Counted from the stretch's first letter, positions 34,667-46,729 are shown. The stretch: 61,206 nt of DNA from Rhodospirillales bacterium (GCA_038143065.1 JAYQLI010000005.1:1-61206); one strand, 5' to 3'. The notes: a model not told the origin generated them from the letters alone. Numbers and translations are program-made.

Positions 34667-35335
34667 TCAAAAGATCCTCGACGGTTTTTCCCTTCGCCAC
34701 CCATTTGCGGGTTTCTTCTTCGCGATCAGCTTGTTCTTGGGCAAGGCGCACAGTTTCTTCGGCGAGCTCTTGAGGTATGACCACCACACCCATCAAATCC
34801 GCCACGATGAAATCGCCAGGATTTACAACCACGCCCCCACAAGCGATTGGAACGTTGATCGAAAGCTCTTCTTTGCGCCCTGAAAACATTGTGTGCGTTC
34901 CCTTGGGGTGATTGCGCGCGTCCAGATCGGCCAATTGATATCTTCCAACTCATCAGTATCACGGCCTGCGCCATCCACGATCATAGCGCGAATGCCTCTG
35001 TTTTGAGCCAATCCACCCATCAATCCACCGCATACTGAAGTGTTCAGGTCGCCGCCTGCATCTACGACGATCACATCGCCCGGCTGACCCATTTCTAAAG
35101 CTTTTAAAGGGTCAACCAGATCACCTTTTGACAATTGTACCGTCACCGCTTGACCTGTGACCTTGGCGCGAAAGGCAGGTTTGATTGCGCTGTCCATCAC
35201 GCCTGTGCGGTATTGCACATCGGCAAATATCGCAGCGGCTGAATAGGCTTGAAGGACCTTATCAAATTTTTTTAGCAAATCTGGATTGCGTTCAAATTCG
35301 TTAAAGACCCTTAGATCACTGCTAACTTCTGGCAT
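34647..35335 (-). CDS. RraA/HMG aldolase family protein
   Basis: GQAVTV; PGDVIVVD.GG; GGLM; VDGAGRD; V.PGD.IVAD..GVVVIP. Confidence 0.85.
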
Positions 35336-35354
35336 TTTTTATCTCCTATTTAAT

Positions 35355-36380
35355 TTATGTTTTTGCCAAAGCTTTGGCGTTAACGGTGTAATCTGGTTCT
35401 TGCCCTGTCAGGACTTTCGCCACCTGAGTGGCGGCGGTTACGCGCGCTGCATGAATCGACTCTTCAGAATAATAGGCTGCATGGGGCGTTACCAAGACAT
35501 TGGGCAAAGTGAAAATTGGATTGTCTTTGGGGCTCCAATTGCTGCGCTTTGCGGGTTCTTCTTCAGGGTCATCTAACCCTGCTGCCGCCAAATGGCCTTT
35601 GGTTAATGCCTGGTAAAGCGCCTTATTATCAATGGTCGGCCCCCGACCTGTATTTACCAGTATTGCGCCGGGTTTCATGGCTGAAAATTCTGCGTCCGAC
35701 AAAAAGTGATGCGTTTCCGGCGTCATTGGAGCTTGCATCAAAATATAATCCGAACGCGCCAAAAGGCTGTCTTTAGACACCAATTCAACACCAAGTTCGA
35801 CCGCTTTTTCCACGGCGAGATAAGGATCATAGGCGATCACGTTAACGCCAAACGCATGCGCACGCGATACAATCGCTTGACCGATTTTTCCTAAAGAAAC
35901 GATCCCCATCGTACGTCCGCGCAGGCGATAAACTGGTTGCCCACTTTGCCATTTCCAAATGCCGGCATGAGTTGCACGGTCGTATTCTGGCAATTTACGT
36001 GCAAGTGTCAGCCACAGGGCAACAGCATGATCTGCCACTTCCTCGGTACAGTAATCCTGCACATTTGTGACCAAGATGCCATTTTTGGTTGCCGTCTCAA
36101 CATCAACAATATCAAACCCCACCCCATAGCGGGCAATCACTTCACATTTTTGCATCCGTGAAATGGTTTGTGACCCGATCCGCGCATATTGGTTGATCAT
36201 CGCAGCACAATCAGGAGCCACATGAAACAGATCTTCTTCGCACTTGGACTGAAGCGCAATAACTTCAGCGCCAGCGGCTTCAAGAATCTCTGTTTCCACC
36301 GCGACATTTTCAAAATCGTAATCTGTGATGACCACTTTAGGTTTATCCGATCGCGGCCGAAACACTGGACGCTCAGACAT
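35355..36380 (-). CDS. D-2-hydroxyacid dehydrogenase (CtBP/SerA-like)
   Basis: RYGVGFD; DYCTEEVADH; G.IG; LVNTGRG; TPHAAYYS. Confidence 0.9.
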   Translation of the reverse strand: MSERPVFRPRSDKPKVVITDYDFENVAVETEILEAAGAEVIALQSKCEEDLFHVAPDCAAMINQYARIGSQTISRMQKCEVIARYGVGFDIVDVETATKNGILVTNVQDYCTEEVADHAVALWLTLARKLPEYDRATHAGIWKWQSGQPVYRLRGRTMGIVSLGKIGQAIVSRAHAFGVNVIAYDPYLAVEKAVELGVELVSKDSLLARSDYILMQAPMTPETHHFLSDAEFSAMKPGAILVNTGRGPTIDNKALYQALTKGHLAAAGLDDPEEEPAKRSNWSPKDNPIFTLPNVLVTPHAAYYSEESIHAARVTAATQVAKVLTGQEPDYTVNAKALAKT

Positions 36381-36866
36381 AAGCGCCCGCCGAATATGTG
36401 AGCTCATAAGAATGGCTGTATAATTCGAATATATTGCCAAATGGATCTTCCATATAGACCATACGATAGGGCTTGGCATCGGGGTAGTATTTGCGCACTT
36501 GCTGCATCCGCTGTTTCCCGCCCAGGCTTTCTATAATTTTAACGCGTCCCTCTAGGTCTTCATCTTGTACGCAAAAGTGAAACAAACCACGGCGCCAATA
36601 TTCAAACGGGCGTTCTTCTTCGATCGTTTTTGGAATTCAAACAACTCAATTCCAACCCCGTCACCCATCGACAAATGCGCGATCCGAAAGCTGCCCCAAC
36701 CCTCGCCAAACACATCATCGCACATTTGGCCAATGGCGCTTTCATCGTGCAAAATTTCTGTTGGTTCCATCAACACGTAAAGGCCAAAGGCTTTGGAATA
36801 AAAATCGACAGCCTTCTCAAGATCTGGGACTGTTATTCCGATATGAGAAAAAGTAAGTGCGGCCAT
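36373..36866 (-). CDS. VOC/glyoxalase family protein
   Basis: FSHIGITVPDLEKAVDFY; GIELFEF; FHFCVQD; EDPFGNIFELYS. Confidence 0.85.
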
Positions 36867-36888
36867 GGGTGGCTCCTTTGCTTGCGTG

Positions 36889-37676
36889 TTAAAGAATATT
36901 GCGGACAATACCGCCTTCGATCCGATGTGCCGCGCCATTCGAGGCGGTACTGGCAGAAATTGTAACGATCATACGGGCCACCTCATCTGGTTGGACAAAG
37001 CGTTGAATTAAGGAAGTGGGCTCATCGATTTCAAAATAATTTTCAATAATTGTATCGATGGGGGCGTTTTTTTGTGCTGAAAGCCCGTCAAAATAGGCTT
37101 CCACACCTTCCGTCCATGTCGGGCCCGGCAGAATTGAATTAACCCGTACATTGGTGCCTTTGGTCAACTCAGCCATACCACGCGTAAGCCCCAGCATCGC
37201 TGTTTTGGTCACGGAATAATGCACCATTTGCGGCAGGGGTTTTACCGCTGCTTCACTGGCCATATTGATGATTGATCCAGAGCCTTGTTTAAGCATAGCG
37301 GGTAGAAAAAGCCGGCTCATGCGCACTGCCGACAAAACATTAACGTTGAAGTAAAAGAGCCAGTCCTCATCTGTGAGCTCTTCAAATTGTTTAACGGAAA
37401 AAACACCTACATTATTGACCAGAACATCAACGCTTCCCGTGCTTTTGCAAAATCGGCAAGCACAACGGCCTGATCCGTCTGGGTAAGATCAGCGGCAATT
37501 CCATGGACTTCTCCGAAAGGCGATAGCTCTTCCATACAGGCATCTACTTCGGCTTTGGTCAGCGCGTGCACAACAAGGCGCGCCCCTTCTTCAAGATAGG
37601 TTTTTGCGGTTGCTTTGCCGATTCCTGATCCAGAACCCGTGACAAGGACTAATTTATTTTCCAATCCGAGATGCAT
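36889..37676 (-). CDS. SDR family oxidoreductase
   Basis: VTGSGSGIG; YSVTK; RVNSILPGPT. Confidence 0.9.
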
Positions 37677-37677
37677 T

Positions 37678-38679
37678 TTACATTTCTTTCCCGTCGGTCT
37701 TTGAAGGCCTGTCTGTGCCTTTGCCAAACAAGCCGCCCATCAGGCTGGACAGCTCTGCGCGCCACATATCTATGCCAACTGCCAATAGAATGATTAGGCC
37801 GAGTACGATGTTTTGAACGGAAGAGGGTGCAGCGTTGAGATTGAGCCCATTTTGTACGATCACAATCGTCATCGCCCCCATCAATGTGGCCAGAATATTA
37901 CCGCGCCCGCCCGCCAGACTTGCGCCCCCGACAACCGCCGCAGCAATGGCCTGTAATTCGAGGGTTTGCCCATAGTTGGGCGAACCAGAGTTGAGCCGCG
38001 CTGACATCAAAATCGCACCCACGGCCGTCATGAAACCCGCAATCACAAAGGTTGTTGCCTGCACTTTGCGCACATTGATACCGGTTAAAAGCGCTGCAGC
38101 CGGATTGCCGCCGACCGCATAGATCTCGCGGCCCAATTTCGTATAATTCATGGCAAAAGCAGCCAATGCGTAAAAGAATACCAAATAGAAAAATGGCAAA
38201 GGAATTCCTGCAAGTTTGCCATAAAAAATGGGTTCAAGCGCCGGATCAAGCGAGAAGATAGGTGAGCCATTGTTGAATGTAAGCGCCATCCCGCGAAACG
38301 CGATTAACCCCGCCAATGTGGTAATGAAAGAAGGGATGCGCCCATAAGCGGTGATGATTCCAATAAAAAGCCCAAGCACGCCCCCGACAATCAGGATCAT
38401 CGGTACGGCGAGGCTCAGCGGAATGCCCATAAATTTAAGAAACTGCGCAAGGATCATTGTGAGCAATGCGACCATTGAGCCAGAGCTCAGATCAATACCG
38501 GCTGCGAATATCACAATGGTCGATCCGATTGCGATCAATGCCACAATACTTACCTGTAAAGATAGGTTTGACAGATTGCCCGGGTTGAGAAACCGTTCAG
38601 TGGTAAGCGCCACGATAACAGCGACAATCACCATAGCGGCAAATGGCCCGATCAATTGGGTATCAAAGATCCGCTTCAT
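37678..38679 (-). CDS. Sugar ABC transporter permease (RbsC-like)
   Basis: GIDLS.GS; GREIYAVGGN; ELQAIAAAVVGG.SL.GG. Confidence 0.9.
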   Translation of the reverse strand: MKRIFDTQLIGPFAAMVIVAVIVALTTERFLNPGNLSNLSLQVSIVALIAIGSTIVIFAAGIDLSSGSMVALLTMILAQFLKFMGIPLSLAVPMILIVGGVLGLFIGIITAYGRIPSFITTLAGLIAFRGMALTFNNGSPIFSLDPALEPIFYGKLAGIPLPFFYLVFFYALAAFAMNYTKLGREIYAVGGNPAAALLTGINVRKVQATTFVIAGFMTAVGAILMSARLNSGSPNYGQTLELQAIAAAVVGGASLAGGRGNILATLMGAMTIVIVQNGLNLNAAPSSVQNIVLGLIILLAVGIDMWRAELSSLMGGLFGKGTDRPSKTDGKEM

Positions 38680-40199
38680 ACTGAAAACTCCTGAGTTTTG
38701 GCGCCAGAGACATTATCGGATGCACGTACCAGATCGGCATGTGTCAGTTCCGAGGCATTCGTAATCCGAGTAATTGTACCATGCTGGACTATCGCAATAC
38801 GGTCGCTCATCGCGAGAAGCTCATCATGATCAGAGCTGATTAGAATGATTGATTTGCCGGCGCGGGTCAGCTTATTCATCAATTTATAAACGGCAATTTT
38901 CGCGCCTATATCGATGCCTTGCGTCGGCTCATCTAATATCAAAATTTCTGAATCAGAAAATAGCCAGCGGGCAATCACGATCTTTTGCTGATTGCCGCCG
39001 GATAAAAAATTTACCGTCTTCTCTTCGGCCTGAGATGAAATTTCAAGATCGCGGATGAGATCCTGCGTTGCCTCTTGTTCTGCTTTCAAGTTCAAAACGC
39101 CAAAACGTGAAAGACCCGCCAGCGATGCGGCCGTGATATTGCCAGCAGCTCTGAAATTAAAAAATAAACCGTCATATTTCCGGTTTTCAGGCACCAAGGC
39201 TATTCCGGCGCGGATTGCGTCAATCTCGCGGCGAATATTAACAGCTTTTCCGTTTATAATAATTCGGCCGGCGGTCAGTTCGTCGGTTCCAAATAACGCC
39301 CGCGCGATTTCCGTGCGGCCGCTGCCAAGCACACCACCCAAGCCTAGAACTTCGCCTTTTCGCAGTTGTAAAGACGCATCAGTTACGCCGGCATTGGTAG
39401 CCAAGCCAGCAGCCTCTAGCACAATTGTATCAGTTGCATTTTGTTCTTTTGGATAATGTTCGGTGATATCTTCGCCGACCATGGCATTTACGATCTCAGA
39501 GACATTTATTTTGGTTTCACCGCTGGCGCGTACCACCCGTCCATTGCGCAAGATCGTAACTTCATCAACGATCCGTTCCACCTCGTCTAAGCGGTGTGAG
39601 ACGTATAGAATAGATGTGCCTTTGCGGCTCATATTGCGCAAAAGCTCGTGCAGGCGTTCAATTTCATCCTCTCCCAAAGCAGCTGTTGGCTCATCTAGGA
39701 TGATCATGCGCGCATTCATGGCGATTGCTTTGGCAATCTCTACCAATTGTTGTTCGCCAACCGAGAGGCGTGCCGTGATAATATCGGGGGAAATCTCGAC
39801 GTTCATTTCCGCCAATACGCGAGCCGCTTCGTTATGCACGCGGGCCCAATCGATTATTCCATACTGGGATCGGGGCATATTCCCCAAAAATATATTTTCG
39901 CCTACTGAAAGCGTAGGTACAATTGAAAATTCTTGAAAAACCGTTGCGATGCCAAAATCCCGTGCCATTTGCGGATCATTGATCAATGTGGGGTGACCAT
40001 TATGGAGAATTGTTCCGCTATCGGGCTGTTGAACACCAGAAAGCGTTTTAATCATCGTTGATTTGCCGCAGCCATTCTCGCCCAGAAGCCCGTGAATCGA
40101 GCCGGGAAGCAATTTAATATTGACTCTGTCATTCGCCAAAACCCCCGGATAGGCTTTGCTTATATCGACAAATTCCCATAACGGCGTTTGGATGGTCAT
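38676..40199 (-). CDS. Sugar ABC transporter ATP-binding protein (RbsA-like)
   Basis: GENGCGKST; two ABC domains; LSGGNQQK; DEPT.GID.GAK. Confidence 0.92.
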   Translation of the reverse strand: MTIQTPLWEFVDISKAYPGVLANDRVNIKLLPGSIHGLLGENGCGKSTMIKTLSGVQQPDSGTILHNGHPTLINDPQMARDFGIATVFQEFSIVPTLSVGENIFLGNMPRSQYGIIDWARVHNEAARVLAEMNVEISPDIITARLSVGEQQLVEIAKAIAMNARMIILDEPTAALGEDEIERLHELLRNMSRKGTSILYVSHRLDEVERIVDEVTILRNGRVVRASGETKINVSEIVNAMVGEDITEHYPKEQNATDTIVLEAAGLATNAGVTDASLQLRKGEVLGLGGVLGSGRTEIARALFGTDELTAGRIIINGKAVNIRREIDAIRAGIALVPENRKYDGLFFNFRAAGNITAASLAGLSRFGVLNLKAEQEATQDLIRDLEISSQAEEKTVNFLSGGNQQKIVIARWLFSDSEILILDEPTQGIDIGAKIAVYKLMNKLTRAGKSIILISSDHDELLAMSDRIAIVQHGTITRITNASELTHADLVRASDNVSGAKTQEFSV

Positions 40200-40238
40200 G
40201 GTGGTGGCCTCGACATATAGGTCAAAAAATTGATCGAA

Positions 40239-40272
40239 TTCCTTGGCAACACACCTCTATGCTGCCAAGGAA
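40239..40272. terminator. Intergenic hairpin after the SBP gene
   Basis: TTCCTTGGCA...TGCCAAGGAA. Confidence 0.5.
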
Positions 40273-40284
40273 CGGGGAGAAGGC

Positions 40285-41319
40285 TCAGTAGGTCTTAGAC
40301 GGCTGTGGAAACAGCTTTTCTGGCTCTTGCAAAACGCTGATTGCACCAGCTTTATCTTCGATCGATGTTGGTGTTTCGATCCAACCACCTGGATAGGTGC
40401 CCTTCAGCGCATCTATGGTCGCATACATCGCCGCTTTACCCATCAAAAATGGTGAGGTGTTTACGGTCGCCGTGATATTACCGGCAGCGATTTCTTCGAG
40501 GCCTGATGTATCGCCATCATTGCCAAGAAGAACGATATCAGAGCGTCCCAGTGCTTTGGCTGCAAATGAGGCGCCTATGATCATGTAATCATTTGCCGCG
40601 AACACCATGTCGAGATCCGGATGTGATTGCAAAATATCCATGCCGGCTGTGTTGCCGCCTTCGACATTCCACTTGCCATCGATAGAGACGACAACTTTGA
40701 AATTATCGTTGCCTTCGATACCATCCAGAAAGCCGCCAACGCGCTCAGTTGAGTGATAACCTGGCTGACCTTCGATAATACCCACCTTCAAAGGTTTGTC
40801 GCCATAGTTTTCAATCGCCCAATCTGCGATGTTATGGGTGCCATTACGTTGAGAATATCCAACAACTCCGTGGATCGGAGTGGGGAAGTTTGGAATATCT
40901 GAGTTGATCATAAGCACCGCCATACCCTTGTCGACAGCTTGCTTGAGCAAAGGTGCTGCGGCGAATTCATCATGGGTGCCAAAGATAATCGCATCAACAT
41001 CTTGCGTAAGAACGTCTTGAATCATGCCCATCTGGCCATTGATATCAGCACCGGATTGAGGGGCCAGCATGAACACTTCGACCCCGGCCTCTGCGGCAAC
41101 GGCTTTGATGCCTTCGCCAATCGCAATATAATAGTTAAACTCTGTCGCCGGGGGCATATATGCGATGCGAAATGTGTCATTCTTAGGTGAAATCGCAGAA
41201 ATAAGCGCTTGAGCGCCATCATTTAGCGGCACTGGCGCCGGATAATTTTCTGCATGCGCTAGGCTTGCCATAATGGCAAATCCCGCCGCAAAACTTGTTG
41301 TCTTCAAGGTAGTAAACAT
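40285..41319 (-). CDS. Sugar ABC transporter substrate-binding protein (RbsB-like)
   Basis: Signal peptide; FAAND; periplasmic binding protein type 1 pattern. Confidence 0.9.
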   Translation of the reverse strand: MFTTLKTTSFAAGFAIMASLAHAENYPAPVPLNDGAQALISAISPKNDTFRIAYMPPATEFNYYIAIGEGIKAVAAEAGVEVFMLAPQSGADINGQMGMIQDVLTQDVDAIIFGTHDEFAAAPLLKQAVDKGMAVLMINSDIPNFPTPIHGVVGYSQRNGTHNIADWAIENYGDKPLKVGIIEGQPGYHSTERVGGFLDGIEGNDNFKVVVSIDGKWNVEGGNTAGMDILQSHPDLDMVFAANDYMIIGASFAAKALGRSDIVLLGNDGDTSGLEEIAAGNITATVNTSPFLMGKAAMYATIDALKGTYPGGWIETPTSIEDKAGAISVLQEPEKLFPQPSKTY

Positions 41320-41346
41320 TTTTCTCTCCTCCAGAGTTATTGTTTG

Positions 41347-42216
41347 TTATCCTTTGAATGGCGTATCTATCACGCCGCGTATGCCGGGCTTCACGGCAAA
41401 TAGGCCGCCTGCACTCGGTTCTTTTTTAATGCTGCTTCATCGCTCATAAGGCGCGATGTTGTGATGAATAATGTGTCTCAGATTCGGGCCGCCAAAGGCA
41501 CAGCATGTGGGCTTCAAACGGGCACATCGATCACATGATCGATTGTGCCATTCGGAGCCACCCGAACCACTCTGTGACCTTCCCATTCCGCATTCCAAAC
41601 GCCCCCTTCGGCGTCTACGCAGGAGCCATCGGGCAAACCGGGTTCTTGCTTGAACGAGGCGTGTAGGCGCTTATTGGTTAGCGTGCCTCTGTCTTTCTCG
41701 TAATCAAAGGCCAAGATTTCACGATCTGGGGTATCGGCGAAAAACATCGTGTTTCCAGCGGGTGAAAAACATATAGAATTGGCGCAGGAGATCTGATCAA
41801 TCAGCGTCTGCACTTTCAAGTTGCCATCGATGGAGATAACCGAGGAATCAGGCTTTCCGGATACTTCATTCATACCACCGACAACCAAACGGCCCTGACG
41901 ATCCGTGCGGCCATCATTCAACCGTGTCTCGGGGTTTTCAGGCTCGAACAAAGTCACCAAAGTTTCTTTTTTTGTTTCGGGGTCGAATAAGACAACCCGG
42001 TCCGAATAGGCCACAATCAAACCGCCAGCCGCACGAGGCGCGAAGCAGCAAACCCGATCTTCCATGGGAAATCGAGGCGCTTTGTGTTGTGACAGGGTCA
42101 AATGACCAAAGCGCACGACCTTGGATATCCGTCCACCAGATTCGGCCATCAGAGGGATTCCAAAAAATCCCCTCTCCATGCTCGTTCTTGCAGTCAACAA
42201 TAAGCTCGGCGCGCAT
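41347..42216 (-). CDS. SMP-30/gluconolactonase family protein
   Basis: GEG..W; RLNDG; AN.ICFSP; PDG.CVDAEG. Confidence 0.9.
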
Positions 42217-42247
42217 TAAAAAATAAATCCTCTATCTAATACCTGAT

Positions 42248-42285
42248 ATCTGATATTCCAGCTTGTTTTACCTGGTGTATCAGAT
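42248..42285. promoter_or_regulatory. Two imperfect GntR operator copies in a divergent promoter
   Basis: ATCTGA-TATT-CCAGCT and ACCTGG-TGTA-TCAGAT. Confidence 0.45.
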
Positions 42286-42327
42286 ATTGTAAATGGTGCA
42301 ACAGTTTAATTGGAGGTACGCGGTAAA

Positions 42328-42997
42328 ATGCTGCAGAGACCTAAGTCGCTTCGCGAGCTTGCCTTAGAGCATCTCAGAAACAGCATCATCGATGGGTCAC
42401 TCGAGATGGGCCAAATATTATCAGAGCGCAAAATTTCTGAAGAACTTGGCGTTTCTAAATCGCCGGTGCGCGAAGCCCTGGCCCAACTTCGCGACGAGGG
42501 GCTTGTCAGCATCGAACCGCAAAAAAGGCGCGCGGGTGTTTTCGCTGTCTGAAGAGGAAGTGTCCCAAATTTGTGATTTTAGACAAGCGATCGAAATTGC
42601 GGCATTCGAACTGGCGCTGGTCCGGGACCCTGTTGGCTTATCGGTTGAGATGAGTCGCGTCGTTGAAGACATGGCGCGCAAGCGCGACAAGTCCGATGAA
42701 AAGGGCTATTTATCCCTAGATACGACTTTTCATCATTTGATTTTTGAAAAAGCGGGGAATATTTATCTGACTGCAAGTTACGATCGTTATACGGGAAAGA
42801 TTGCCGCTTTACGCACCCATTTGGCAAAGTTTCCACAACATACAGATCTATCCTTCAGGGAGCATCAGCACATTTCTGCAGCAGTGGGTCAAGGCGATAT
42901 GGCTGAAATAAAATCTCTTTTAATTGAACATATCGATCGTACACGACAAGCCTATAAAAGCGCATCAATTGTTCAAGAGGCTGCTTTCGCCTCCTGA
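42328..42997 (+). CDS. GntR family regulator with FCD domain
   Basis: LSERKISEELGVSKSPVREAL; YLSLDTTFH; one frameshift. Confidence 0.9.
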
Positions 42998-43021
42998 TCC
43001 AAGCATCTCAACATTTCAAAC

Positions 43022-43050
43022 AAAGGCGGCTTCTCTGAAAGCCGCCTTTT
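43022..43050 (+). terminator. Rho-independent terminator
   Basis: AAAGGCGGCTT-N6-AAGCCGCCTTTT. Confidence 0.75.
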
Positions 43051-43078
43051 ATGTTTAAGGGAGGTGAATGATTATTTG

Positions 43079-43104
43079 TTGACATCTGAGATATCAGATG
43101 TCAA
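43079..43104. promoter_or_regulatory. Putative GntR operator overlapping a TTGACA -35 box
   Basis: TTGACATCTGA-GATA-TCAGATGTCAA perfect 11 bp arms. Confidence 0.7.
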
Positions 43105-43127
43105 CTATTCCTGCGGGAGTATAATCA

Positions 43128-44685
43128 ATGGTTGTAGCTTTGGAACGCAATGCGCGGAACGCGCCCCTCTTATCCAGCTGGATGAAGTGGCAATGGAGTT
43201 TGGCGCGAATACCGTTCTTGAAGGCATTAATTTTGACCTTAACCCGGGTGAGGTACATGCTTTATGCGGTGAGAATGGCGCTGGAAAATCCACGTGTTTA
43301 AGTCTTCTTTACGGCTTGCATCAGCCCTCGCGCGGCAAACTTCTGCGTAATGGGGTTGAGCAACGGATCGAAAACCCATCGCATGCGCAAACACTCGGGA
43401 TCAGCTGCGTTTTTCAAGAACTAAGCCTTGCTGGTGCTCTCTCGGTTGCCGAAAATATTTACGCAGGCCGGGTTCCCACGAAATTTGGAATTGTGGATTG
43501 GGCAGAGCTGCGCCGGCGGGCCGAAGCCTTATTGGCTGAATTTGGATTGAACGTTGATGTCTCAATGCCGGTTGAAAACTTACCGGTCAGTTCTCGGCAG
43601 ATCGTTGAGATCGCTAAAGCGCTATCGTTAAACGCGCGCGTTTTATTGCTGGATGAGCCAACATCTGCACTTGCACCGGATGAAGTAGAGGCTTTGTTTG
43701 AGGTCTTACGCGGATTGGTCGCAAGAGGTATCGGCATTGTCTATGTCAGCCATCATCTTGCCGAGGTTTTTCGAATTTCCGATCGTGTGACTGTTCTGAG
43801 AGACGGCCGCCATGTCAGCACGTTAAAAATTTCGGACACATCTCAAGAGCAGCTGGTTTCAGAGATGATTGGATCTTCCCCTACCGGCGAAGTTAAAACA
43901 CACAACCGCAAACATGGCGCTGAGGTTCTGAGCATAAAAGGCCTCAGTGAACCTGGTGTTTTTGACGATATTTCCTTTTCCATCAAAGCCGGTGAAATTA
44001 TTGGTATGGCAGGGCTTATGGGCTCACGCCGCAGCGAAATTATGCGCTCAATTGTTGGCCTGACGCCAAGCGCGAAGGGCGATGTCGAGCTGAATGGAAC
44101 CCCTATGAGCTTCACGTCGCTGCGCCAAGCGATGCGCGCCGGTGTTGGCTTCGTACCAGAGGACCGCAAGACAGAAGGCTTATTTTTGGAGCAATCCCTA
44201 AGCGATAACCTGATTGCTGCCAGTCTCCTAGAACATTCCAAATTGGGCTTCATGCGCAAGCGCTCAATCAAGCAAGCAAGCGAAAAGGCCATTGCTGCTT
44301 TTAGCGTGAAAGCGCAAGCGATTGGCCAGCAGGTTGGAGCGCTCTCTGGCGGCAACCAACAAAAAATCATGCTGGCCAAATGGCTAAAACGTGCACCAAA
44401 TTTACTGATCATCGAAGAACCCACCAAAGGCGTTGATGTAGGTGCAAAATTTCAGATTCATGCGGAGCTTTTACGCTGTGCCTCAGAGGGTATGGCAATC
44501 TTGGTGGTTTCTTCAGATTTTCCTGAACTTGTATCGTTATCGACCCGAATTTTGGTTGTTCATGAGGGACGGCTGATGGGGACATCGCAGCCCATGAGGC
44601 CAGCGAAACCACCTTGCTGCAAATGGCAGCTGGCAAAAAAGCACCAACACCTTCCGCCCCTCTCGAAACTTCAGGAGCTCAGTAG
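43128..44685 (+). CDS. Sugar ABC transporter ATP-binding protein
   Basis: GENGAGKST; LSGGNQQK; EPTKGVDVGAK; ends corrected for frameshifts. Confidence 0.88.
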
Positions 44686-44690
44686 CACCA

Positions 44691-45676
44691 ATGACCACGC
44701 CCGCTCAAACATCTACAAAACAGCGCTTTTTGCGGCGTATATTGCAATCTTTTATCGATATCCGCGAGCTGACTTTGGTTGCTCTTATCGCTGTGATTAT
44801 TGTCGTGATGGCCAATATCAACCCCTATTTTTTAGCTTTTCTAATTTTTCGCGCCGTTGCCGTCGGCATGACCCCCACGGCAATTATCGTCATTGGCATG
44901 GCAATATTATTAGCATCTGGTGGCTTTGATCTCTCGGTCGGCTCGGTGATGGCTTTATCTTCTACAGTCGTCGCCATGCTATTATTGACTGGTCTGCCGA
45001 TACCTATCGCAATTTTTTGCGGTTTGATTTTGGGGGTACTGTTGGCATCGCCAATGGTGTTTTGGTTACCAGCCTTGGTATCAATCCTTTAATAGCAACT
45101 CTTGGCACCATGTCGATCGCACGCGGAATTGCGCTTGTGCTCACAGAAGGCTTCTCTGTCTCCAGCCTTCCGCCTTCTTTTGCATGGATTGGAAAGACAA
45201 ACTTAGGCGGCTTTCCAGTGATTGTCCTTCTAACGTTGCTGCTTGTTATTTTCTTTGACTTAGCCGTTCGGCATACGCGCTTTTTTCGGCAAGTGTATTT
45301 CATCGGTGCTAATGAAAAAGCTGCGATGCTCTCGGGTATCCATGTCGATCGGGTCCGCATCACGCTTTACGCCTTAACAGGTGTTCTGGCCGCTTTAGCG
45401 GGCGTTTTATTGGCGTCGCGCTTGATGAGCGGCACGCCAACGGCCGGCAATGGTATCGAACTGCAGGTTTTGGCCGCAGCTGTCATCGGAGGCGCATCCC
45501 TGCGCGGCGGCGAAGGCACTATTCTTGGCGCGTTCCTCGGCGTCGTCTTCGTGGCGCTAATCAACAACACAATGACCATGCTCGCTGTATCCATCTATTG
45601 GCAAATGATCGTCATAGGCGGCGTGCTTATCACGGCAGTTGCGCTCGACATGCTGATCCGAAGCAAACGAGGCTGA
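44691..45676 (+). CDS. Sugar ABC transporter permease
   Basis: GFDLSVGS; ELQVLAAAVIGGASL.GGEG. Confidence 0.9.
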
Positions 45677-45729
45677 TCTGCTCAATCCACCAATTCAACA
45701 ACCAAAGATCCAAAACAGGGAGATCAAAA

Positions 45730-46725
45730 ATGACTGGATTAAAGGTAAATCGACGCAAGCTTTTAACGGCAGGCGCAGTTACGGGGCTTGCAGGAGCATT
45801 TGGATTGCCAATGCTGTCAAAACAAGCGCTGGCTGCTGGGGAGGGCATGGAATATGTCTTTCTATCAGTGGTGACGCAAGTGCCATTTTGGGTAGATCAT
45901 AGAGCAGCGTTAGAGGATGCCGCCGCCGCCTTAGGGGTGAAAACCCGTTTTACCGGGCCGCTCGACTTTGACACTGCAGGTCAAGCGCGCCAGCTTGATG
46001 AATTGATTGCGCGCCGCCCGGCGGGCATTATGATTTTTCCCGGTGATGCTGCTGCAATGGCACCAGGGATCGACCGAGCTGCTGAAGCCGGCATCCCCGT
46101 TGCTTGCCTGACTGGCGATGTTCCGAATAGCCGTCGTTCAACATTCTTTGGAATCAATGGTTTCAACGCGGGTCGCATGGGCGGCGAAATGCTTGCCAAG
46201 GCCATTGGTGGCAAGGGTAAAGTCATATTGGGTACATTTCCAGCACCTTCCGTGCTTGAGCGGGTTGAAGGTTATAAAGCAATATTTGCTGAAAAATACC
46301 CAGAGATTGAAGTCGTCGATGTGGTCAATGACAAAGCCGATCCTTCATATGCGCCAACTGCTTATCTGCAAGCAATCCAGGCCAATCCTGATATCGTGGG
46401 TATCGGCGGCACCGATGGCGATAGCGGCAAAGGAGCCGCGATCGCGGTTAATGAAGCGGGCCGTAACGATATAAAAATTGTAGCTATGGACCGCAATGAT
46501 GACATGCTGCCTTATATCGAAGATGGTACGATTCACGGCGCAGTTGCGCAAAAATCTTATATCGAGGCATTCCTCGCAGTACATATGCTGCATTGGCAGA
46601 ATACCGATGGTATCAAAGTTGTTCCCGATTGGAGAGCCGCTGGAATTAACCCTCTACCAGAAACTGTTGATACCGGAGTTATGCCGATTACGGCAGAGAA
46701 TGTCGGGCAGTTTAAACATGTTTAA
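45730..46725 (+). CDS. Sugar ABC substrate-binding protein, Tat-exported
   Basis: NRRKLL twin-arginine signal; periplasmic binding protein type 1 pattern. Confidence 0.85.
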   Translation: MTGLKVNRRKLLTAGAVTGLAGAFGLPMLSKQALAAGEGMEYVFLSVVTQVPFWVDHRAALEDAAAALGVKTRFTGPLDFDTAGQARQLDELIARRPAGIMIFPGDAAAMAPGIDRAAEAGIPVACLTGDVPNSRRSTFFGINGFNAGRMGGEMLAKAIGGKGKVILGTFPAPSVLERVEGYKAIFAEKYPEIEVVDVVNDKADPSYAPTAYLQAIQANPDIVGIGGTDGDSGKGAAIAVNEAGRNDIKIVAMDRNDDMLPYIEDGTIHGAVAQKSYIEAFLAVHMLHWQNTDGIKVVPDWRAAGINPLPETVDTGVMPITAENVGQFKHV

Positions 46726-46729
46726 AAAC

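Noticed and set aside
43064-44929. 621 aa ABC ATPase with extensions or a permease fusion
   Set aside because: The N-terminal extension runs through the operator/promoter, and the C-terminal extension is frameshift read-through over the permease start.
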